A stretch of DNA of 64,000 nucleotides from Felis catus. Its lineage: Eukaryota. The position numbers were made by a program, and so were the translations under genes. The notes under the pieces are model-generated. The model made no database searches and was not told where the DNA came from. It saw only the letters and a list, made by a program, of their open reading frames with translations. The stretch covers positions 84,260,001-84,324,000 of the forward strand of contig NC_058368.1 in NCBI RefSeq assembly GCF_018350175.1. Direction: 5' to 3'. This document shows positions 38,005-47,834 of this stretch, one piece after another (position 1 is the stretch's first letter; every line of letters starts with the position of its first letter).

Positions 38005-38158
38005 CTGGAGAAAGACAACCAATTGTGCAGCTCCCACTCAATTTCTGGCCCTTGGTGCACCCACCAATATTTATTATGCCCCTCATAAGAACCTAGACAT
38101 AAGGGAAGTATACAATCTTACCTGGACTCTGGAACTAGAGTGCCTAGGCTTAGAGAAC

Positions 38159-38292
38159 CTAGAACAGTGCCAGCATGACTAGGTCTGAATAAAGTTTAGC
38201 TACAGCTGCTGCTATAATGTTCTCATTCCATCACTTAGAATAGAGCTCATGGTTCAGAAGCTCAGATATGCAGTGGTTTTTGAACGTGGAGC
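38159..38292 (-). pseudogene. Exon relic, frame ambiguous (best-looking: GSTFKNHCISELLNHELYSK*WNENIIAAAVAKLYSDLVMLALF)
   Basis: Acceptor tttaccttccAG, donor TAG|GTTCTC, 134 nt; the phase-compatible frame has 5 stops, so frameshifts are likely. Confidence 0.5.
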
Positions 38293-38420
38293 CTGGAAGG
38301 TAAATGAGATTCAGGTAAGTTCATAGGCATGTGGCCTCTGAAATCCCCACTCCCTTAGGCCTGGAGGGAAAGTGAAGAAGCAGTTGTCACATGTGGAGAA
38401 ACCACCAGACGAAAAACCAC

Positions 38421-38536
38421 CCAACTCTGCATCCCAGCTTTTTGGTTTAGTTCAAGAAGTAGAGATGGAATTCATCAAAATCCACAGTTTGGGGAATCAT
38501 GAGGAAGGTGTCATCCTGAGGTCCACCATTGTTCAT
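38421..38536 (-). pseudogene. Exon relic: MNNGGPQDDTFLMIPQTVDFDEFHLYFLN*TKKLGCRV
   Basis: Acceptor ccacttctcAG, donor GTGGTT, 116 nt; DFDE resembles malate synthase DFED. Confidence 0.55.
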
Positions 38537-38934
38537 CTGAGAAGTGGACAAGTCAGAGTAAGGATCAGGTCCTGATGTGCAAGCCATTGTGAATAATCTT
38601 GTGATGTTCACAGCAATCCTACCAGGAAACCTGGGGAGGCCAAGGTTACAATGTAGTTCTGGGCTAGGGCCTAGGCCCAGCATTGGGATGCTTTCCTGAG
38701 ACCATTGCTCAGTAGGAGTTGAGACGCTAGATCAGCTGCCATGGGAGCATGAAAGGAGATTACTAAAAGAGAGAAAATGTCACCCTGAGTACTTCTCATT
38801 ACCAACTTCAAAGCATTTTTCCCCACTCACTCATTTGCAGGACCAAAAAGTGCTTTCTACCTCCACATGAACATGTAAGGGGCAGAACATATAAGGGTGT
38901 TGGGATGTGAAATGTGACTTGAAAAAGAGTTAGG

Positions 38935-39113
38935 GGGGAGATCCCAACCATAAGAGACTCTTAAAAGCTGAGAATAAACTGAGGGTTGATGGGGGTGGGA
39001 AGGCGCAGAGGATGGGTGATGGGCATTGAGGAGGCACCTGGTGGGATGAGCACTGGGTGTTGTATGGAAACAAATTTGGCAATAAATTTAATATTAAAAA
39101 AATAATAAAAACA
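38935..39113 (+). mobile_element. Very short 5'-truncated LINE-1 (3'UTR end only)
   Basis: 13-bp TSD AAAAAGAGTTAGG at 38922-38934 and 39114-39126. Confidence 0.92.
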
Positions 39114-39281
39114 AAAAAGAGTTAGGATGGAGATGTGGAAGTTTTCCAGATAACAGAATAAGCCTAGAAGTCAAAAACAAAATTTCTATGTGAGCGCTAT
39201 GAGTGAACCAGTTTGGACAGAGTGGTGGGTGTGTGAAGGCATGCAGCAGGGATGCATCTTGGGTTCAAATTATGAAGGTAA

Positions 39282-39352
39282 CTGTCTTAGTTTCCTAGGG
39301 CTACCATAACAAAATGCCACCCACTGGGTGATTTAAACAATAAAAATGGATT
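39282..39352 (-). mobile_element. MLT1 LTR end fragment
   Basis: TGTCTTAGTTTCCTAGGGCTACCATAACAAAATGCCAC...GGGTGATTTAAACAA. Confidence 0.7.
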
Positions 39353-39381
39353 TCCCACTCTCTGTGCCCCAGTCTCCCTAC

Positions 39382-40473
39382 CTAGGTCTCTCTAACTTTG
39401 TCCTTTTAAGTGTGCATCCAAGTGGCCAGCACTTCTCTCCTCAGGACACTCTTTACTGTATGAAAGTACTCCATCTGAGAGTGTAAACTGGTACAACCAC
39501 TGTGCAAATCAGTATGCGGAGGGGCCTCAAAAAATTAAAATTAAATTTACCATTGATCCAGCAATTGGACTTCTGGGTATATATCTGAATGAAACAAAAT
39601 CACTATCCTGAATATATATGCACCCCTAAGCTCATTGCAGTATTATTCACAAGAGCTAAGATATGGAAACAACATAAGTGTCTATCAACAGATGAATGGA
39701 TGAAGGAAGTATAATATATATATATATATAATATATATAATATAATATATATAATATAACATAATATATAATATATATATTATATAATTATATAATAGAA
39801 TACTATCCTGAAATAAAAAAGAAGGACATCCTGACATCCTGACATTTAAGAGAACGTGGATGGACATTAGGGGAATTATGCTAAGTGAAATAAGTCAGAC
39901 ACAGAAAGACAAATAATGTATAATCTCACTTATATGTGGAATCTGTGAAAACGAACTATTAGAAACAGAGAACAGATTGGTACTTACCAGAGGCAATGGG
40001 TAGAGGGCAAGGAAAATGGGTGAGGATAGGCAAAAGAGACAAACTTCCAATTACAAGATAAATAAGTTCTGGGGATATAATGCATAGCATGGTGACTATA
40101 GTTTAAAATACTGTATCATATTTGAAAGTTGACAAAGGTATAGATCTTAAAAGTTCTCATCAAAAACAATTTTGTAACTATGTGATGTGATGATGTTAAT
40201 TAAATTTATTGTGGTAATAATTTCACAGTATATACATATATCAAATTATTATGTTACACATTTTATGTTAATTCTACTGGAATTTACAATAAAATATTTT
40301 AAAATTATTATGTTATATGCCTTAAACTTATATAATGTGTTAATTATATCTCAGTGAAACTGGAAAAATTAAAGTGCTCCATCCATACCTCAGAGGTATG
40401 TGCTATTGGTCTTTTCATTAGTTAATTCATGTTCTTGAACTTGTAGTATCTCCTTATTCCTTGGATCAAAAAC
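39382..40473 (-). pseudogene. Exon relic split by L1: FLIQGIRRYYKFKNMN*LMKRPIAHTSEVWMEHF|HTVKSVLRREVLATWMHT*KDKVRET*
   Basis: Joining 40473-40371 to 39462-39382 gives 184 nt in one frame, phase 2 to 0, donor GTAGGG. Confidence 0.6.
39476..40370 (+). mobile_element. 5'-truncated old LINE-1 (L1MA-like 3' end)
   Basis: ORF2 C-terminus plus old 3'UTR and an AT-rich microsatellite; 13-bp TSD AAAGT(A/G)CTCCATC at 39463-39475 and 40371-40383. Confidence 0.9.
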
Positions 40474-40499
40474 CTCCAGTAGCCAGAAAGATATAAAAT

Positions 40500-40690
40500 C
40501 ATAATAATAGTAGTCAAGATTTACCATGTGTGTGAAGTAATTTAATCTTCATAGCAACCCTATGATATAGAGATAAATATCGTGATCAGGTTGTACTTTA
40601 AAGATAAAGAAACTGAAGCATAAAGAGCTGAAATAACATACCCAAGTTCAAAAGGCTTAGCAGAAGGGATAAGGACTCGAACTCTTGTAC
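40500..40690 (-). mobile_element. MIR
   Basis: TTTAATCTTCATAGCAACCCTATGA...AAAGATAAAGAAACTGAAGCA. Confidence 0.7.
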
Positions 40691-41091
40691 CCATCCATAG
40701 ACACACCTCCCTAAAGTACCTTCCTACAGCTTATAGGAGCAGTTGTTGCCTCAGGAAAGCTACACCTGGAACATCCCAGCTCAGAAACCAACTACAGGAT
40801 GTAGAAGCCCCTGGAAGGCATGTAACTTCCACTTTTTGTTTATATACTTCTACATTCTGAGTATTTTACAGCAGACATATATTCTTTGCAATAATTGTTA
40901 TCCATCAAGATGGAACTTAAAATGGAAAGCAGAGCATGAAAAAAAATTGTAAAGAAAAAGAGAAACTTAGCATCAAGATCACAAAACTAAACTAAGAAGT
41001 CTGAGAACAGTAACATTAATCATTGCCATGACATGTATTATTAACTTTAAATTCAATAAAGAGTAAATCAACTTAAAATGATCAGTGTTAA

Positions 41092-41305
41092 GGGGCACCT
41101 GAGTGGCCCAGTCAGTTAAGCGTCCTACCTCGGCTCAGGTCATGATCTCCTAGTTCATAGGTTCGAGCCCCCGTGTTGGGCTCTGTGCTGACAGCTCAGA
41201 GCCTGGAGCCTACTTCAGATTCTGTGTCTCCCTCTCTCTGCCCCTCCCCCACTCATGCTCTGTTTCTGGGTCTCTAAAAATTAATGAATGTTAAAAAAAA
41301 TTAAA
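41092..41305 (+). mobile_element. Can-SINE
   Basis: TSD AAAAT(G/A)ATCAGTGTT at 41075-41089 and 41306-41320. Confidence 0.95.
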
Positions 41306-41783
41306 AAAATAATCAGTGTTCAATTCTAGAACCAGAGATTGGCCTGAGGAAGGAGGAGATGTAACAGGTTGCTTGGGTGTGGGACAAATGGGTGTCTGGA
41401 AAATTCCAACTAGGAGAAGCAAGTAGGGGTGGGCATAACTGTCCTCTAGGTTACTGTGGCCAGAGGTTTGGCTGAATTGGGAAGTTCATGGTGTGTACCT
41501 TTAGAGTAAAAAGCAGAACAAGAAAAATATCAAAACTATAAATAACACTGATGAATATGTTCTTGTCAAGTACATTATTTGTGGATGTTGTCCTGAACAA
41601 ACATTCATACCTTGACAGACACAAATAAATTAAGAGAAATCAATGGTTGACTAAGTGTCTTGATTAATATTCTCTTGGCTGCAAGTTACAGAGGGCAGTT
41701 TAAGCAAGGGTAAGGCAAAAGAGGGAATGTGTGATATGCTCTGGGAATCTCTGTCAATTCTAAGACCTGAATGGCAGCAGGAC

Positions 41784-41891
41784 CTCCCACTGGGTAGGGT
41801 GTGGAGAGGATCAATAAAGGGTATTCACACTGAGTGGGCCCCATAGGGTTGAAGAATATCCAGGTGCAAAGGTTTGTGTTAGTTGTCAAAC
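41784..41891 (-). pseudogene. Exon relic: (R)FDN*HKPLHLDILQPYGAHSV*IPFIDPLHTLPSG(R)
   Basis: Acceptor cctgctttccAG, donor AG|GTCCTG, 108 nt, phase 2 to 2; donor choice uncertain. Confidence 0.45.
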
Positions 41892-42129
41892 CTGGAAAGC
41901 AGGTTTGGTCATATTCTCTGTACAACCTTCATTCCCTTTTATTTTAGTATTCTAAGATTAGATTGTTGGTGCTGGATGTATGAGGGATCTAGATAGTTCC
42001 AAGACATGTCCCTGGCACCCCAGATGTAAGTAGAAGATTTTAGGAATTGTCAGGGGTCATAGCTATAGGTATCAGTCTTCATTGAAATCATCTGGGTAAC
42101 ATTTTTTTTTTTACATATTTACATCTTTT

Positions 42130-42155
42130 AAAAAATTTTTTTAAATTTATTTTTT

Positions 42156-42192
<37 letters not shown>

Positions 42193-42358
42193 ATGAGCTG
42201 CGGAGGGGCAGGGAGAGAGGGAGACACAGAATCTGAAGCAGGCTTCAGGCTCCGAGCTGTCAGCACAGAGCTCAATGTGGGGCTCTAACACATGAACTGC
42301 CAGATCATGACCTGAGCTGAAGGTGGACACTTAACCAACTGAGCCACCCAGGTGCCTC
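42130..42358 (-). mobile_element. Can-SINE
   Basis: TSD TTACATCTTTT at about 42119 and 42359. Confidence 0.92.
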
Positions 42359-42780
42359 TTACATCTTTTTTTAGTAAGCTTTTTATTTTAATTCCGCTAT
42401 TGTTAATGAACAGTGTTATATTAGTTCCAGGTGCACAAATAATGATTGAACAATTCTATATATTACAAAATGCTCATCATGATGAGTACTTTTTAATCCC
42501 CATCACCTATTTAGCCCATCCCTCCACTCATCTCCCCTCTAGTAACCATCCATTTTTTTCTCAATAATTAAGACTCTGTATCTTGGTTTGCCTCTCTCTT
42601 TCTCTCTTTTACCCCCACCCCCGTTCATTTGTTTTATTTCTTAAATTCCACATATAAGTGAAATCATATGATATTTGTCTTTCTCTGAATTATTTCACTT
42701 GGCATAATACTCTCTGGTTCCATCCATGTTGCAAATGACAAGATTTCATTGTTTTTTTATGGCTAAACAATATTCCATTG

Positions 42781-42836
<56 letters not shown>

Positions 42837-43396
42837 CATGTATACATACATGTATACATATATACATGTATATATATATATATACATACACACACACACA
42901 TATATAAATATATACATATACAAATATATCCCATTTCTTTATCCATTCATCTATCAATGGACATAGGGATTGCTTCCATAATTTGGCTATTGTAAATAAT
43001 CCTGATATAAACATAGAGGTGCATGTATTCATGCAGGTGCATACAGTGTTTTTGATTCTTTGGGTTAAATACCCAATAGTGTAATTACTATATCATAAGG
43101 AAGTTCTATTTTTAACATTTTGAGAAACTGCCATACTGTTTATCACAATGGATGCAACAGTTTGCGTTCCCCCAATAGTGCAAGAGGGTTCCTTTTTCTT
43201 CCTGTCCTTGCCAACACCTACCGTTTCTCGTGCTGTTGATTTTACCCATTCTGACAGGTGTGAGGTGTTATCTCATTGTAGTTTTGATTTGTATTTCCCT
43301 GATGATATTTGATATTGAGTATTTTTTTTGTGTGCATGTGGCCATCTGTATATCTTCTTCAGAGAAATGTCTGTTCATGTCTCCTGCCCATTTTTT

Positions 43397-43601
43397 TTTT
43401 AACATTTATTTATTTTTGAGACAGAGAGAGACAGAGCATGAATGGGGGAGGGGCAGAGAGAGAAGGAGACACAGAATCGGAAGCAGGCTCCAGGCTCCGA
43501 GCCATCAGCCCAGAGCCTGACGCGGGGCTCGAACTCACAGACCGCGAGATCGTGACCTGGCTGAAGTCGGACGCTTAACCGACTGTGCCACCCAGGCGCC
43601 C
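43397..43601 (-). mobile_element. Can-SINE (young felid type)
   Basis: TSD CCTGCCCATTTTTT at about 43383 and 43601; CpGs intact. Confidence 0.95.
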
Positions 43602-43805
43602 CTGCCCATTTTTTAATTGGACTATTTGTTTTGGGGGTTTTGAGTTCTATCAGTACTTTACACATTTTGGATACTAACCCTTTATCATTTGCAAATATCT
43701 TCTCCCATTCCACAGATTGCCTTTTAGTTTTGTTGATGTTTTTCTTCACTGTGCAGAAAGAAGCCTTTTATTTTGATGTAGTCCCAATAGTTTATTTTTG
43801 CTTTT

Positions 43806-44021
43806 TTTTAATTTTTTTTACACTCATTTATTTTTTTGATAGAGAGAGACAGAGCACAAGTGGGGGAGGAGCAGAGAGAGAAGGAGACACAGAATCCGAA
43901 GCAGGCTCCAGGCTCTGAGCTGTCAGCACAGAGCCGGACGCAGGACTTGAACTCACCAGCCATGAGATCATGACCTGAGCCGAAGTTGGACACTTAACTG
44001 ACTGAGACACCCAGGCGTCCC
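43806..44021 (-). mobile_element. Can-SINE
   Basis: TSD TATTTTTGCTTTT at about 43793 and 44022. Confidence 0.93.
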
Positions 44022-45611
44022 TATTTTTGCTTTTATTTCCCTTGTCTCAGGAGACATATCTAGAAAAATATTGTTATGCCCAATGTCAGAAAAATTGCTC
44101 CCTGTGTTCTCTTCTAGAATTTTTATAATTTCTGGTCTCATATTTGGGTTCTTGTTCCTTTTGAGTTTATTTTGTGTATAAGAAAGTGGTCCAGTCTCTT
44201 TCTTTTGCAAGTAGCTGTCCAGTTTTCCCAAAACCACACCATTTGTTGAAGAGACTTTTTCCCATTGGATAAGGTTTTCCTGCTTTGTCAAATATTAATC
44301 GACCATACAATTGTGGATTTCTCAGTTTTCTGTTCTGTTTCATTGATCCATTTATCTATTTTGTGCTAATAGTATATACTGTTTTAATTACTACAGTTTT
44401 GTAATATAACTTGAAGTCTGGAATTGTATTACCATTTTGTTTTTCTTTTTCAAGATTGATTTGGCTATTCAGGATCTTTTGTGGTTCCACATAAATTTTA
44501 GGATTGTTTGTTCTAGTTAAGTGAAAAAAAAATGCTATTGATATTTTGATAGGGATATCATTCAATGTGTAGATTTCTTTAGGTAGTATAGACATTTTAA
44601 CAATATTTGTTCTTCCAACCAATGAACATGGAAGGTCTTTTGAATTTTTTGTGTCATCTTCAGTTTCTTTCATCAATGTTTTATAGTTGTCAGAAAACAG
44701 GTGTTGTTTTGTTTTTTTTTTTTTTTTTTTTACCACTTTGGTTAAGTTTATTCCTAGGTATTTTATTATTTTTGATTTAACAGTAAATGGGATTGTTTTC
44801 ATAATTTGTCTTTCTGCTTCTTCATTATTAGTGTATAGAAATGCAACAGACTCTGTACATTGATTTTGTATCCTGTAACTTTACTGAATTCATTTATCAG
44901 TTCCAGTAGTTTTTTTCAGGGGGCATTTAGGATTCTCTATATGTACTATTTTGTCATCTACAAATAGTAAAAGTTTTACTTCCTCCTTGCTGATTTGTAT
45001 GCCTTTTATTTCTTTTTGTTGTCTGATTGCTGTGGCTAAGACTTCCTGTACTATTTTGCATAGAAGTGGTGAGAGTGGACGTATTTGTTTTGTACCTGAC
45101 CTTAAGGGAAAACTTTTTTTCCCCCATTAAGGATGATGTTAGCTGTTTGTTTGTTTGTTTGTTTGTTTGTTTTTTCATATAAGACATTTATCATATTGAG
45201 GTATGTTCCCTCTACCCTTTCTTTGTTGATGTTTTCTATCATGAATAGATGTTATATCTTGTCAAATGATTTTCCTGCAGACATTGAAGTGATCATAGGG
45301 TTTTTATCCTTTCTCTTATTGATGTGAATTATCACATTGATTGATTTCTAAATATTGAACCAGTCTTGCACACCAGTAATAAATCCCATCTGATCATGGT
45401 AAGTGATATTTTAAATGTGTTGTTTGTATTTTGTTGAAAATTTTTGCATTTATGTTCATCAGGGATATTGGTCTGTAGTTCTCTTTCTTAGTGGTGTCTT
45501 CACTCAGTTTTGGTATCAGGATAATGCTAGTCTCATAGAATGAATTTGGAAGCTTTCTTTCCTTTTCTATTTTTTGGATAGTTTGAGAAGAATAAGTATT
45601 AACTCTTCTTT

Positions 45612-45639
45612 TTTTTGTTGTCGTTTATACTTATATTTT

Positions 45640-45679
<40 letters not shown>

Positions 45680-45925
45680 TTTTAAATATGAAATTTATTG
45701 TCAAATTGGTTTCCATACAACACCCAGTGCACATCCCAACAGGTACCCTCCTCAATACCCAGCACCCACCCTCCCCTCCTTCCCACTCCCCCCAACAACC
45801 CTCAGTTTATTCTCAGTTTTTAGGAGTGTCTTATATTTTGGCTCCCTCCTTCTCTAAACTTCTTTTTTTTCTTCCCCTCCCCATGAGCTTCTGTTAAGTT
45901 TCTCAGGATCCACATAAGAGTGAAA
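45612..45925 (-). mobile_element. Short young LINE-1 3' end nested in older L1
   Basis: Matches 4700-4950; TSD AACTCTTCTTT at 45601-45611 and 45926-45936; (TTTA)n tail. Confidence 0.92.
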
Positions 45926-46220
45926 ACTCTTCTTTAATATTTGGTAGAATTTGGTCAAGAAGCCACCTGTTCCCGGACTTTTGTTTGTTGGGAGGGTTTT
46001 GATTACTGATTCCATTTCTTTGTTGGCTATCAGTCTATTCAAATTGTCTATTTCTTGCTGTTTCTGTTTTTGTATTTTAAATATTTCTAGGAATTTATTC
46101 ATTTCTTCTAGGTTGTCCAATTTGTTGGATATAGTTTTCATAACATTCTCTTCTAATTGTTTGTTGTTCTGAGATGTTGGTTGTTATTTCTCCTCTCTCA
46201 TTTGTAATTTTCTTTATTTG

Positions 46221-46264
<44 letters not shown>

Positions 46265-46753
46265 TTCTCTTTTTTGATGGATCTGGTAAGAGGTTTATCA
46301 ATTGTATTCATTTCTTCAAAGAATCAGCTCCTGGTTTTATTGATCTATTCTGTTTTTTTCAAGTTCTTATTTCATTTATTTGTGCTCTAATATTTATTAT
46401 TTCCTATGTTCTGCTGGTTTTAGGTTTTGTTTGTTGTTCTTTTTCTAGATTTTTTAGGTGTATGGTTAGGTTGTTTATTTGAGATTTTTGAGATAGGCCT
46501 GTATTGTTATAAGCTTTCTACTTAGAAGCACGTTTTGCTTCTAAGGTTTTGCTTCCAAAGGTTTTGCACTGTTGTGCTTTCATTTTCATTTGTTTTCATG
46601 TACTTTTTAAAAATTCTTCTTTGATTTCCTGATTGACCCACTTCACTGTTTAGTAGCATGTTGTTTAACATCCATGTAGTTGTGGTCTTTCCAGATTTTT
46701 TCTTGTGGTTGTTTTCTAGTTTCATAGTGTTTTAGTCAGAAAAGATGCATGGT

Positions 46754-47005
46754 GTGGTGCCAGGGGGTTCAGTCAGTGGATCATGTGACTCTTGATCTCA
46801 TAGTTGTACGTTCCAGCCCAAGCTTGGGTGGAGAGATTACTTACAAATAAAATATTTTTTGAAAAGAAAAGAAAAGAAAAAGAGAAGAGAAGAGAAGAGA
46901 AGAGAAGAGAAGAGAAGAGAAGGAAAGGAAAGGAAGGGGAAGGAAAGGAAAGGAAGGGAAAGGAAAGGAAAGGAAAGGAAAGGAAAGGAAAGGAAGAGAA
47001 AGAAA

Positions 47006-47041
<36 letters not shown>

Positions 47042-47099
47042 AAAGAAAAGAAAAGAAAAGAAAAGAAAAGAAAAGAAAAGAAAAGAAAAGAAAAGAGAA
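46754..47099 (+). mobile_element. Short tRNA-derived SINE with about 240-bp expanded purine tail
   Basis: About 100-bp tRNA-like body lacking (CT)n; TSD GAAAAGATGCATGGT at 46739-46753 and 47100-47114. Confidence 0.85.
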
Positions 47100-47188
47100 G
47101 AAAAGATGCATGGTATAATTTTGATCTTCTTGAATTTGTTGAGGCTAGTTTTGTGGGCTAATATGTGATCTATTCTGGGGAATTTTGG

Positions 47189-47692
47189 GCAGGCCTTCTT
47201 AAACTTTTTAAGCACAGTCTCCTCTGACCATTCAGTAAAATTGATAGAATTCTTTTCAGAGATATGCTTTTTAATGCATAAAATATGGTACAGAGCCTCA
47301 CAAAGGAAACAAATTATATTAAAATACAGTAATTGAGATAATAAAATAAAGGCCTTATGATAAGTAGTATATGTACTTCTTTATTAATTTATTAAAGCAC
47401 AAACCTAACAGAAAGTCTAATAGCCACAGTTAGTTTGAAGTTGTGGTTAATGTAAGGAAAATTTTGGCCTGTTTGTAACAACTATGGCATGATACAACCT
47501 GTGGTTTCTCTTGACAACCAATCCACAAATCTTTCTAAACCTCTTTGGTTGGTTCCATTCAACATGGAAGAGAAAACTATAATTCTTATAAAGCCTGGGG
47601 GAAATAAATAATTTTTTTCTAATCACATTAATTTACTCCTGAATGTTGTTCATAGACTGGGAGTCTGTAGACCTTAGGTCAAGAACTTCTAT
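47189..47692 (+). mobile_element. hAT-Charlie relic, MER119-like
   Basis: TTTTAATGCATAAAATA...CAAAGGAAACAAATTATATTAAAATACAGT; degenerate TIRs (TTCTTAA / TCAAGAA). Confidence 0.65.
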
Positions 47693-47705
47693 AGAGGTGG
47701 CCTAC

Positions 47706-47834
47706 CTGGTCCAGGATATGTTTTCTCTATATTCTGGAATTCCCTTTGCAGCATCCAATAAAGGTAGAATGATAAGGGCTCTGACCATCAGGACTGGAGC
47801 CAGACCAGCTCTATATGGGGTGCAAGTGGGCATT
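47706..47834 (-). pseudogene. Exon relic: MPTCTPYRAGLAPVLMVRALIILPLLDAAKGIPEYRENISWT(R)
   Basis: Acceptor tttctctcttacaAG, donor CAG|GTAGGC, 129 nt, open in phase 2 to 2, matching the next two exons. Confidence 0.55.

Larger units (their letters stand above)
42365..47185 (-). mobile_element. Old carnivore LINE-1 (ORF2 from late endonuclease region to 3'UTR) hosting four younger insertions
   Basis: Decayed ORF2 peptides (44356-44802, 45854-46141, 46522-46725); (TA)n/(CA)n tract at 42780-42925. Confidence 0.9.
25810..47834 (-). pseudogene. Decayed multi-exon gene, malate synthase A-like (unprocessed pseudogene); both ends uncertain
   Basis: At least 15 AG...GT-bounded segments with largely compatible phases and stops one C>T from CGA/CAA/CAG; collinear motifs DFDE, RAWSLEE, KGQG, YFY, WN..TVLVE, IK-x5-P-x2-LL-x2-R, H-x2-G, IPS, GHD, NQ.REKD, AE-x4-QLW. 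Family assignment by eye. Confidence 0.6.

Noticed and set aside
37930..38292. Short resemblances to HDAC (GGLHH), Mab-21 (YHLQTLV), NTase (GS..K) and sacsin (WNE..VAKLY) motifs
   Set aside because: Isolated matches with wrong spacing to the other required motifs and frame-dependent; likely chance.
42690..47215. YI-repeat and EK/FS-repeat ORFs
   Set aside because: Translations of microsatellites.
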